From: a virus
Taxonomy: Duplodnaviria; Caudoviricetes
Strand: one strand, 5' to 3'
IMG/VR virus record: IMGVR_UViG_3300011337_000299
Coordinates: 1-30,031 of that record
Length of the DNA stretch: 30,031 nt
Of this stretch, positions 1-8,264 are shown piece after piece. Every line of letters begins with the position of its first letter. Positions within the stretch are counted from its first letter, which is position 1. The notes beneath the pieces were generated by a model. That model had not been told where the DNA came from. It saw only the letters and a list, made by a program, of their open reading frames with translations, and did not search any database. The translations under genes were made by a program, and so were the position numbers.

Positions 1-242
1 CCGAGGTGTTACGGTCTCCTGGATCCGGGCAGCGTGCGGCAACCATGTCTTGGCCGGAACGGATCCTGGTAGGTCTGGTCAACATAGGCTTCGACGAGAC
101 AACGGTGATCAATATGCCGGTGATTGATGCGGAAAGGTTGTTCCTCACCCATGCCGAGATGAACGGACAGGTCGAGCTGTGGAGCAATGAGCAGGATGCC
201 CTCTGGCGCTACGCTCAGGAACAAAGCACAATCAGGAACTGA
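1..242 (+). CDS. 3' part of putative tail assembly chaperone (duplicate of the end of 28455..29021)
   Basis: Same peptide as C-terminus of 28455..29021 apart from one S/P change. Confidence 0.75.
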   Translation, partial: EVLRSPGSGQRAATMSWPERILVGLVNIGFDETTVINMPVIDAERLFLTHAEMNGQVELWSNEQDALWRYAQEQSTIRN

Positions 243-243
243 A

Positions 244-1239
244 ATGGCCATCTTCTCACTCATTGCAAAGCTGGGCCTAGACGGCAGCTCATTCGAGGGC
301 GGCCTCAAACGAGCCACCAGCCTGACCGACAAATTCCGGTCAAGTGTCGGTGCTCAACTGGGTGGCGCACTATCGGTGGCCGCAATCGGGGCCTTTGCTT
401 CCAAGGTGATCGAGACGGCCGACGCTATCGGCGACCTCTCGGAGCAGCTCAACATCAGCCCCGATGCCGTGCAGCGCCTGCAGGTGCTGGCAGGCCAGAC
501 AGGTGTTTCCTTCGAGGCTATGGCCAAATCGATCACCGCAGTCGGCCAGGAGCGCCTGAAGGCTATTGAGGAGGGCGGCAAAGCCCGGGAATACTTCCAG
601 GCACTCGGCCTGTCTGTGGCCGAACTGAACGACAAAAGCCTGTCCAACATCGAGCTGATTGAGCGGATGGGTCAAGCGCACCAAGACTCAGGAAAGAGCG
701 CTCAGACGCAGGCCGCAATGATCGCCATCCTGGGAGAGAAGGCATTCAAGGCTGCCGGTGCTATGTCCAAGATCAAAGAACTTGGACCGATTAATCTTAT
801 CACAAAAGAGCAGATTGATGCAGTCGGAAAGATGGCCGACCGCATTGATGAAATGAAGAGGCAGCTTCTTGTCTCAGCTATTCCAACGGTCGGCTTTTGG
901 GCCGACGCAACCGAGAGGGCTGCAAAGGACACCGAAGATCTGAAAGACGGCATGGAAGGCATTTTTCAGATGCTGATGGGCAAAGGATCTATTGTTAAGG
1001 CAGGCATACAAGAAGCCTTTGCGCCATCAACGGAGGCTGATCGCCGCTTTGAAGCCTTACCACTTGAACGTGGTGCAGTCGGTGTCATCAACTCTCGAGC
1101 CAAACGGGAGACCGCAATGTTCACCGAGCCAGCTGCCCCGGGCTGGGTCAACACCATGGTCGGTCAGATCAAGATGCAGACAAACGAGACCAGGGCGATT
1201 CGGGTAAACACGGGCAGAACAGCTCAGGCTGTCGAATAA
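244..1239 (+). CDS. Tail tape measure protein (short, 331 aa), copy A
   Basis: N-terminus LIAKLGLDGSSFEGGLKRA, Ala/Gly-rich helical composition, DAIGDLSEQLNIS..VQRLQ motif; follows major tail and chaperone genes; ATG at 244 just after the upstream stop. Confidence 0.8.
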   Translation: MAIFSLIAKLGLDGSSFEGGLKRATSLTDKFRSSVGAQLGGALSVAAIGAFASKVIETADAIGDLSEQLNISPDAVQRLQVLAGQTGVSFEAMAKSITAVGQERLKAIEEGGKAREYFQALGLSVAELNDKSLSNIELIERMGQAHQDSGKSAQTQAAMIAILGEKAFKAAGAMSKIKELGPINLITKEQIDAVGKMADRIDEMKRQLLVSAIPTVGFWADATERAAKDTEDLKDGMEGIFQMLMGKGSIVKAGIQEAFAPSTEADRRFEALPLERGAVGVINSRAKRETAMFTEPAAPGWVNTMVGQIKMQTNETRAIRVNTGRTAQAVE

Positions 1240-1240
1240 C

Positions 1241-2071
1241 ATGGCAACGATCCAAGGCATCCCCAACCCGACGGCCGGCGAATACATCGAGGTCAGCCGT
1301 GCCTACGATAACAACGGCAGCGGACGGGTGATTCAGTTAGTCTTCCGAGGGGATAAGAACACCCTCCGGATAGCCTCAGCCCAATGGGTGGCCCTGGGCG
1401 CAAAGTATAGCATTAGAGAGGATGGCCCATACTCTGAAGCCACCGTCACCATCGGTGGCAACTCATTCGACCCAGGCCTGCCGATTCAAGACCAGACCGC
1501 CCCAGAAGTGGGTGAGATCGCCGACATCCGGTACGAGTTCCGCACCGATTACCTCGATGTGTCGGTGTTCGCTCTGCCGGCTGTAGACAAGGAGGCTAAC
1601 TCGACAGGAAACCCCGCCCTCTATCGCTACATAATCGAGACAGCGATCAAGAACGGCGAAAGGCTGCCTGGTATCCAGGAAAGCAACATCTCCACCCTGC
1701 CATTGGCTCAGAAGGTCTGGCAGATGCTTTACCGCGGCCAGGACACCTTCCCGACAGCCCGGGTGAGCCTCACAAGGATTGCCACCTTCAGCGGCAACCT
1801 AGGGCTGCCTCAAGTGCCAAACGGAATCCCTCCAGTCTACACCAGAGAGTCATTTGCTCTTAACTGGAATCTGCCTTTCTCGGTGGTCTCGATGCTTCCC
1901 AATACACCAATCGACCCGACAACTGGCCAAGCCTTGGCACCTGTTGGTACGGCCTGGGGCTGGAAGCAGACAAATTACTCGACCAGCTTGATCACGAAGA
2001 CCAACCAGGTCGAACAGGTGATCGCTTGGACTTTCGCCCCTTACGACACCTTGGTTTACCCCTTCTTTTAA
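1241..2071 (+). CDS. Putative tail tip/minor tail protein (276 aa)
   Basis: Long ORF immediately after tape measure; beta-rich, aromatic composition; function from position only. Confidence 0.55.
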   Translation: MATIQGIPNPTAGEYIEVSRAYDNNGSGRVIQLVFRGDKNTLRIASAQWVALGAKYSIREDGPYSEATVTIGGNSFDPGLPIQDQTAPEVGEIADIRYEFRTDYLDVSVFALPAVDKEANSTGNPALYRYIIETAIKNGERLPGIQESNISTLPLAQKVWQMLYRGQDTFPTARVSLTRIATFSGNLGLPQVPNGIPPVYTRESFALNWNLPFSVVSMLPNTPIDPTTGQALAPVGTAWGWKQTNYSTSLITKTNQVEQVIAWTFAPYDTLVYPFF

Positions 2072-2090
2072 CCTTAAATAACACACCTCT

Positions 2091-2450
2091 ATGGCAGACG
2101 AAATTCAAATGACCGCCCGGCTGTACGCTTCCAAGAACGGAGCCTACCTGCCCTCAGTAACCTACACCAAGAGCGCCACCATGGTCGGCACCGACATGGG
2201 CTCTCAGACTCAGGTGATCGGCCTGGTTGTCGAGGCTCTCGACGTGCCGGTGGACGTTACCAGTCCCTACAAGCTGCTGATCTCGAATCTGGACAACACC
2301 AACTACGTCGAGCTGGGCTTTGTCTCGGGCACCTACACCATGCGGATCCCGGCCGGTGAGACCATGCTGATCCCCTATGTCAGCGCCACACTTTACCTGC
2401 TGGCCAACACCTCCGCGGTGACCATCCAGGCCACCTTCTGCGAGATCTAA
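2091..2450 (+). CDS. Small virion protein, paralog 1 (119 aa)
   Basis: AC-rich leader; about 54% identical to next ORF by manual alignment; ends ATFCEI. Confidence 0.65.
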   Translation: MADEIQMTARLYASKNGAYLPSVTYTKSATMVGTDMGSQTQVIGLVVEALDVPVDVTSPYKLLISNLDNTNYVELGFVSGTYTMRIPAGETMLIPYVSATLYLLANTSAVTIQATFCEI

Positions 2451-2462
2451 CCGACCAACCCT

Positions 2463-2819
2463 ATGGCAAACGAAGTCGAGATGTCGGCCCGGCTGTACGC
2501 CAGCAAGGGCGGCGCCGTGATCAATTCATTGTCCTATAGCACGGTGGCCAACATGACCGGCACCGATATGGGCCAGCAGACGCAGGTGGTCGGCACCACC
2601 GACGAGGCCCTGGATCTGACAGCCGACCTGTCGACTCCATACCGTCTACTGGTGGTCAACCTTGATCTGGTTAACCCGGTCTCCATCGGGCCTTCCTCGC
2701 CCTACTCGTTCCAGATCCCGGCTGGGCAGTTTATCCTGATTCCCTGGGTCGATGCGACGATGTACGTCAAAGCCTCGAACAGCCCGGTCAAGATCTTCGC
2801 CCAGTTCTGCGAGATTTAA
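2463..2819 (+). CDS. Small virion protein, paralog 2 (118 aa)
   Basis: Shares ARLYASK, GTDMG.QTQV, IPAG and FCEI with the preceding ORF. Confidence 0.65.
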   Translation: MANEVEMSARLYASKGGAVINSLSYSTVANMTGTDMGQQTQVVGTTDEALDLTADLSTPYRLLVVNLDLVNPVSIGPSSPYSFQIPAGQFILIPWVDATMYVKASNSPVKIFAQFCEI

Positions 2820-2822
2820 GCC

Positions 2823-3032
2823 ATGCCGATTCAACTGCCATCCAAGCTGTCAGAGCGAGGCCTTAAGGCAGATCACGCCCGGGCCATCAATCAATTGATC
2901 GAGGCCGTGCGCCGGGTCCAGCTTGTTGCTGGGCCTGGCCAACGGGTCGAGCAGAATGCCAATGGCACCACCCTGAAGACCGCGATAAGCTCGACCACGG
3001 TGCAGACTGCCGAAGAGTCTTGGTTCTATTGA
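2823..3032 (+). CDS. Hypothetical tail-associated protein (69 aa)
   Basis: Tightly packed between neighbours; AINQLIEAVRR helix then GPG...NGTTL. Confidence 0.6.
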   Translation: MPIQLPSKLSERGLKADHARAINQLIEAVRRVQLVAGPGQRVEQNANGTTLKTAISSTTVQTAEESWFY

Positions 3033-3038
3033 TCGGCC

Positions 3039-5786
3039 ATGCCCTTTGCCACAGATCGCCGGGAGAAGATGTTCACGGCGGCAAACCTGAACAGCCTCTA
3101 TAACCGATTCGACCAAAAGGTTTATCGGGCCTTAAACGGAGTCAGCCCCCTGATGTCGAACTCGACCTCCGGAGTGTGGCTGGGGCTTTATCCTTACGGC
3201 GTCTGGTATGTCTACCGCACCGACCCAGATACATGCAAACGGCTAAAAGACAACGGAGACATCCCAAACCCGAGTATTCCTGGCATCGGCTACTATCGGG
3301 ACAACCACAGCCAGGTGGACGCCCGGATCGAGCTATCAAAGCTTGAGAACAAGCACCTCGACGTAGCTGGCGGCCAGGTCTACGTCGACCGATATGTGAC
3401 AGGTGGAGATCCGTTTACCTGTGATGTCGGCAAGATCCATTATTCATTCGAGGTGCTGACCAGGGTGGTCAATGACATCGAATACAATGTGCACCTGGGC
3501 TATGATTCAACCTCTCCAGGGTTAGTCTCCTATGTTCGGGGCAGTCTCGGACCATCGACACCGACGCTGCCTCCTGGTCGGATCCATAAGCACAGGCTGG
3601 CTGTTGCCGAGATCGCCCTCGAAGGCCCGACCGAGTTTAAGATCCTCAACACCTACCAGCGTTATGACTGCTGGCGGGTCCACAACTGCGGCACCTCGAC
3701 GGTGACCGTATTGCTTCAGAATCCAGACGGTGGCGCTGATCGGCACTCGGTGCCCCCAGCTCAATGTCGATCCTTCAGACGCAAACCAGATGGAACCTGG
3801 GCAGTGCCCATGTTCTATTTCTTCCCGTATTTTACCGGGGACATTCCATTTCTGGCTGAAGGCCCACCATCCTGGGCGGTGGCGAATACATCAGAGTTTC
3901 TGGCTTTGGAACGGTCGGCCCAGGCCAACAACGTGGCAAATCCGTTTGTCATGTTCGAGTGGCGCCGGGTGATGTTCGCGGTGCACGACCCGCACATCCC
4001 CTACGATATCCGGCAGATTTACACCGGCTACTATGCTGACCCGAGCAACGCCAACACGACCATCGGCGATGCTGTCTTTACCTGGGGCAGAGCCAGGGTG
4101 ACCTACTCGAACTCAAACAACGATGTTTTCGATGATCAGATCCGGATATTTTCCAGCACCCAGAGCCTTCCTGAACGCCTTCGAGCCATTGGTCTGACTG
4201 TAGTCGAGAACGCCAACAACCTGACCCTAACCAGTCAGCGCGGTGTGATTAGAATCTATCCTATCGACGCCAACATCTTCACGACCACGACTACCCCATA
4301 CTGGGAGATCGGAAACAGCCCGGTCAGCATCTCGACCTATTATCCGGTGCAGTACACCACCGAGATCGGCACGTCGACCTGGCAGGCTGGTAACACGCCG
4401 ACCATCTTCGAGACGATGCGGACTCTACGGCGCCGGGTGGCTGTAGAGGTCGGATTCCTGAACAACTACGACGACGCCGTAGATATCATTGAGGAGAAGG
4501 TCAGCCAGGTGACGCTGACACCCATGGGCCTGATGTGCCAGGCAGCCACAAATAGCATCATCGTCGGAAGCCTGTTCGAGAACTTTCATTCTACTGCGAC
4601 ACCTACAACGCTTTGGACTGATCGCCGGCCGGTCAATTTCGGGGCAGGTGCTGATTTCAATTGGGCATACACCTCCGGCACTCGAGTGTTCTACCTGTCG
4701 GTGCCTGGGGCCGCCGTGACGCTACAATGGGCCAACGTCATGCCGGCACGCAACTTGGCTGCACCGACTACCGTCGAGGCAGTAAACCGCGCCTTCGTGC
4801 CTCCTGGAGGCCCCTGGGGCTTCTCGAGTTCGGTTTACGACTTCGAGCTGGTGCGGTGCTTTGAAATAGACCTGGCCAACGGTGTGGACGATAGACCTTG
4901 GGGCGCCGACTTCTGGCAAAACAAATGGGGCGGCCCCGGAGGTGTGGATGCCTCAGTCAGAATCCCAGGCAGCCCAAATAAGACTGAGCAATACGCCTAC
5001 ATACCGACCGCGGCTAATTCATCGTTTGTAGACCTGGTTCCTGCAGGCACCGATGACATCTTCAAAGATCGCCGTGGCGCCAGCTTCGCGCACAGCGTGC
5101 CGTTCGCATCGGCTACATTTAACCCACAGCAACAGGACAGCCTGACCGATATCCGATGGACAGGAGGCGTTGAGCAGGTGGGATTCGATGTGCCCTACAG
5201 CGAAGTCGGGAACCCATACCTTCGCGGAGGTGGCCCATTCTTCCACAAGATCCCCAAGTCGGTATGGCTTTGGAGTCTTTTGGAATGGTCGGTCAGATCA
5301 TGGACTCGGGCCGTGCCCCTTGGTTTGGCCCAGGACTGCACGCCGGTCAGGGACGCCTTCAACGGAGCTGCAGCAAACACCGGCCTGGTGATCAGTTCTT
5401 TGTTGCTTGGCACTACCGGATATGAACCCGACTTCGAGCTCGATGTTTACTACCTGAGCGAAGGTAGCCATGACATCCTGGTGGCCAATGGCTGCCCCTG
5501 TTTCAAGAGCCAGGATGCTGGAGGAAATGACTATTGGTTCGTACCTGCCCAGAACCTGCAGACCTACTGCCGGGAGCAAGGCTTCGTTGCCAATGACTTC
5601 AGCACCGAGAATGGGCAACCAACTGAAAACCCACCTGTGACAGCAACATCCATTCGACCGTACCGCACCTATAGCCAAGGCGAGGAGGTCGAGGCCGCCA
5701 GTTACTTTGATGTTGGTGCAGGTTACGAGCGCTACGAATGGCTGCGGTATGTGAATCTCCGACTACCGAATGAGCTATCTAGTTAG
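3039..5786 (+). CDS. Large putative tail tip/receptor-binding structural protein (915 aa)
   Basis: Longest ORF, at end of tail module; rich in T/N/G and aromatics; no recognisable catalytic motif. Confidence 0.6.
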   Translation: MPFATDRREKMFTAANLNSLYNRFDQKVYRALNGVSPLMSNSTSGVWLGLYPYGVWYVYRTDPDTCKRLKDNGDIPNPSIPGIGYYRDNHSQVDARIELSKLENKHLDVAGGQVYVDRYVTGGDPFTCDVGKIHYSFEVLTRVVNDIEYNVHLGYDSTSPGLVSYVRGSLGPSTPTLPPGRIHKHRLAVAEIALEGPTEFKILNTYQRYDCWRVHNCGTSTVTVLLQNPDGGADRHSVPPAQCRSFRRKPDGTWAVPMFYFFPYFTGDIPFLAEGPPSWAVANTSEFLALERSAQANNVANPFVMFEWRRVMFAVHDPHIPYDIRQIYTGYYADPSNANTTIGDAVFTWGRARVTYSNSNNDVFDDQIRIFSSTQSLPERLRAIGLTVVENANNLTLTSQRGVIRIYPIDANIFTTTTTPYWEIGNSPVSISTYYPVQYTTEIGTSTWQAGNTPTIFETMRTLRRRVAVEVGFLNNYDDAVDIIEEKVSQVTLTPMGLMCQAATNSIIVGSLFENFHSTATPTTLWTDRRPVNFGAGADFNWAYTSGTRVFYLSVPGAAVTLQWANVMPARNLAAPTTVEAVNRAFVPPGGPWGFSSSVYDFELVRCFEIDLANGVDDRPWGADFWQNKWGGPGGVDASVRIPGSPNKTEQYAYIPTAANSSFVDLVPAGTDDIFKDRRGASFAHSVPFASATFNPQQQDSLTDIRWTGGVEQVGFDVPYSEVGNPYLRGGGPFFHKIPKSVWLWSLLEWSVRSWTRAVPLGLAQDCTPVRDAFNGAAANTGLVISSLLLGTTGYEPDFELDVYYLSEGSHDILVANGCPCFKSQDAGGNDYWFVPAQNLQTYCREQGFVANDFSTENGQPTENPPVTATSIRPYRTYSQGEEVEAASYFDVGAGYERYEWLRYVNLRLPNELSS

Positions 5787-5825
5787 ACACTTGCCTACCA
5801 AAACAGAAAATGCTTGTAATCTTCT

Positions 5826-6575
5826 GTGACAATCGTTCCAGCCCGGCGCCGGGTGATGGCTGTCGGGTGCTCCCACGGTAACCGGGCTAACAAGGACGCC
5901 CTGGCCGCGGTGCTGTTGTTCCGGTAGCAATACCATCCTGACGAGGTGATCCACCTTGGGGACGCCTACGACCTAGCCAGCCTTCGAGCAGGCTCTCTGG
6001 CCAACCCGGACGACTCGGATCATGCCGACGACTACCTCGACGACATCGAATGCGGCCGGGACTTCCTAAACGCCTTGAGGCCAACGGTGTTCATCATAGG
6101 CAACCACGATCAGCGTGCCCTGAAATACCTGCACCACCACAACACTGTGGTGCGTGGCTTTGCCGAAGCTGTCTGGGACAAGATGAAGGAGCCAATCGAG
6201 CGGCACGCCCGAGTGTTCATCAAGTACCACGATGTGTTGCCCAGGAGCTGGTACAAGCTGGGCGGCTATTCCTGGGGGCACGGCCTGCTATACTCTGAGA
6301 ACTTCCTGCGAGACACCGCGGAGACCTGGGGCAACACCGTGGTGGCCCACGCGCATCGCGCCGGGATGGCTACAGGGCGTCGCAGCGACAATCCGGTGTG
6401 CTTGTCGCCCGGGACACTTGCGGACGCGCCCTGCATGGATTATGCGCTGCGGCGCCGTGGTACATTGGCCTGGTCCCACGGCATCGTGTTCGGCGAATAC
6501 ACCGAGGACAGCGCCCAGCTTTACGTTCACCAGTGGTCACAAGGAGAAAAACGATGGAATCTGCCGAGCTTCTAA
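5826..6575 (+). pseudogene. Calcineurin-like metallophosphoesterase interrupted by an in-frame TAG at 5925-5927
   Basis: Frame reads GTG(5826) TIVPARRRVMAVGCSHGNRANKDALAAVLLFR*QYHPDEVIHLGDAYD...IGNHD...HG...AHAH; motifs II-V lie downstream of the stop and the motif-I equivalent (GCSHG) upstream. Confidence 0.8.
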
Positions 6576-6802
6576 GAAGGATCCGAGCCGAGATCAACAT
6601 GGCCCTGGAGATTCCAACGCCTGATTGGAAATCCACAGATCAATGGGGCCAGGCCTGGGGCCTCAAGTCAGCTCAAACAGGCCGTTTGCTACGGGTGGCA
6701 GTCGATAAAGGCCTGATGGAAACCAGGAAGTTCCGGATACCTTGTCCAAGCCGCGGATCCTATCCAGTGCCGCATTTCCGGGAGATTCCGACGGAGAAAT
6801 GA
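6554..6802 (+). CDS. Hypothetical protein, winged-HTH-like (82 aa)
   Basis: ATG at 6554 preceded by AAGGAG; WKSTDQWGQAWGLKSAQTGRLLRVAVDKGLMETRKF resembles HTH plus wing. Confidence 0.6.
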   Translation: MESAELLRRIRAEINMALEIPTPDWKSTDQWGQAWGLKSAQTGRLLRVAVDKGLMETRKFRIPCPSRGSYPVPHFREIPTEK

Positions 6803-6842
6803 CCCCTGTTTGACCCGCATAAACATTGGGCTTTCTTCAAAA

Positions 6843-6870
6843 TCTACAGAAAAACAGTTTTCTCTGTAGA
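6843..6870. repeat. Imperfect inverted repeat TCTACAGA-AAAAC/GTTTT-C-TCTGTAGA overlapping a putative -35 box
   Basis: 8-bp perfect outer arms plus 5-bp inner arms seen directly. Confidence 0.7.
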
Positions 6871-6895
6871 CGGTAGAAAAAGTGTCAGGCATCTT
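6867..6895 (+). promoter_or_regulatory. Putative sigma70-type early promoter (TAGACG-17 bp-CATCTT)
   Basis: AT-rich intergenic gap at the start of the early gene block; correct 17-bp spacing; both hexamers imperfect. Confidence 0.45.
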
Positions 6896-6936
6896 GACTC
6901 CAGTCGGTTGCAGCAAACACAGCAAAACAAAGCAAA

Positions 6937-7107
6937 ATGAAAAACACCAACCAATCTGACCTAGGCGGCGATTACGGTTCGCTGTACCTCCTTTCGACTG
7001 GTGAATTTTTAAGGCCAGCCACTCTGGAGGAATACACCGCAGCGTGGATGGCTGATTGCGGTTGGGTGATCTCAATCGACAAAATGACCTGCTACATAGG
7101 TTTTTAA
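6937..7107 (+). CDS. Small hypothetical protein (56 aa; MKNTNQSDLGGDYGSLYLLSTGEFLRPATLEEY...CYIGF), not in ORF track
   Basis: Translated by hand; ATG after an AGCAAA-repeat leader; fills the gap after the promoter. Confidence 0.65.
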   Translation: MKNTNQSDLGGDYGSLYLLSTGEFLRPATLEEYTAAWMADCGWVISIDKMTCYIGF

Positions 7108-7141
7108 TTTACGCCCGGATGGGGCGAATACCATCCAACCA

Positions 7142-7167
7142 GGGGCGCGACTGGCCAACGCGCAACA
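7142..7167 (+). promoter_or_regulatory. GGGGCGCG-loop-CGCGCAACA hairpin leader motif, copy 1
   Basis: Same motif recurs at 11572..11600; both intergenic and upstream of an AC-rich leader and ATG. Confidence 0.55.
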
Positions 7168-7193
7168 TAGCAAACCCACAGCAAAGCATAGCA

Positions 7194-7523
7194 ATGAACC
7201 TGAACAACCTGATTACCGCCCTGATGCTCGTAGAATCCTCCGGCAACGATATGGCCATCGGCGACAACGGACGCGCCCTAGGCCCCCTGCAGATCCACCG
7301 CGGGGTGGTTCTGGACGTTAACCGGATCACCGGGGCGCACTACCGGCACCAGGACATGACCAACCGCGTGGCAGCCCGGGCGGTGTGCGAGGCCTACCTG
7401 AAAGCCTACGGCAAGGGAGCCAGCACCGAGCAGCTCGCCCGCCGATGGAATGGGGGCCCGACCGGCGACCGCAAATCTGCGACCGAGGCCTACTGGGCCA
7501 AGGTCAAGAAGCACCTGAAATGA
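7194..7523 (+). CDS. Lysozyme-fold muralytic enzyme, destabilase/i-type lysozyme-like (109 aa)
   Basis: VESSG catalytic-Glu context, GD.G.ALGPLQI, ARRWNGGP.G motif. Confidence 0.75.
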   Translation: MNLNNLITALMLVESSGNDMAIGDNGRALGPLQIHRGVVLDVNRITGAHYRHQDMTNRVAARAVCEAYLKAYGKGASTEQLARRWNGGPTGDRKSATEAYWAKVKKHLK

Positions 7524-7657
7524 CCAAACCGAAAACCATCAACGTGACACCCACCACACACAAGGCCCTGCGGGACTACTGCCTACAGACGGGCTCCAAG
7601 CTGCAGGCCATTGCTGATAAGGCGATCCTGTCTTGGCTGAGAAAGGCCGCGAAGTGA
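7520..7657 (+). CDS. Ribbon-helix-helix-like DNA-binding protein 1 (45 aa)
   Basis: KTINV strand then THKALRDY..QTG.KLQAIADKAI; ATGA overlap with the lysozyme stop. Confidence 0.6.
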   Translation: MTKPKTINVTPTTHKALRDYCLQTGSKLQAIADKAILSWLRKAAK

Positions 7658-8109
7658 CCAGAATACTTGCCATTGACCCAGGCATGAGCGGCGGCCTCGC
7701 CTACCTGGGCGCCTCCGGGATCATTCTCAACTCCATGCCGGACACCGATCAGGACATCAGCGTTCTCGTGACCGACAGGCTTGCCATCAGCGACGTGGTG
7801 TACATCGAGAAGGTCGGCGGGTATGTGGGCGGCAAGGGCGCACCGGGCTCTTCGATGTTTAATTTTGGACGCAACGTCGGATTCCTGCACGGCCTGATCG
7901 CAGCGTCGAAGACCAGGTGCATTGAAGTACCACCGCAGCGCTGGCAGAAGACCATCGGGGCAGGCACAAAGGCAACCCATGGGGCGAAGTGGAAGAGCCA
8001 CCTCAAGGGCATCGCGCAGCAGAGGCAGCCCAGGCAGGTGATCACACTTAAGACGGCGGACGCTGTGCTGATCCTGGAGCACGCCATGATTTTAGAGGGA
8101 CTCAAGTGA
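7654..8109 (+). CDS. RuvC-like Holliday junction resolvase
   Basis: ILAIDPG, VYIEKV, SMFNFG, VPPQRWQK and ADAVLI motifs; GTGA-coupled start at 7654. Confidence 0.85.
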   Translation: MTRILAIDPGMSGGLAYLGASGIILNSMPDTDQDISVLVTDRLAISDVVYIEKVGGYVGGKGAPGSSMFNFGRNVGFLHGLIAASKTRCIEVPPQRWQKTIGAGTKATHGAKWKSHLKGIAQQRQPRQVITLKTADAVLILEHAMILEGLK

Positions 8110-8264
8110 TCACCAAACCCAAACGACCCACTGCTAAAGTGTTCGTCGTTTCAGACAACACGCACCTAAGACTCAAGCAATACGCAACGAAGAGAGGCTA
8201 CAAGCTGCAGTTTGTAGCAGATGAAGCGGTGATGGAATACCTACAGAGGAAGGAATCGAAATGA
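8106..8264 (+). CDS. Ribbon-helix-helix-like DNA-binding protein 2 (52 aa), not in ORF track
   Basis: Hand translation MITKPKRPTAKVFVVSDNTHLRLKQYATKRGYKLQFVADEAVMEYLQRKESK; paralogous to 7520..7657; overlaps both neighbours by 4 nt. Confidence 0.65.
   Translation: MITKPKRPTAKVFVVSDNTHLRLKQYATKRGYKLQFVADEAVMEYLQRKESK

Larger units (their letters stand above)
1..1252. repeat. Terminal direct repeat, copy A (about 95% identical to copy B)
   Basis: Manual alignment to 28780..30031: colinear, no indels, about 63 substitutions. Confidence 0.97.

Noticed and set aside
1-1252. DGR template/variable repeat or true gene duplication for the two tape measure copies
   Set aside because: Differences are mostly third-position and affect all bases; the copies sit exactly at the contig ends, as expected for circular overlap
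5925-5933. TAG CAA TAC as a TMV-type leaky stop signal (UAG CAR YYA)
   Set aside because: Imperfect match, and that signal is a eukaryotic mechanism
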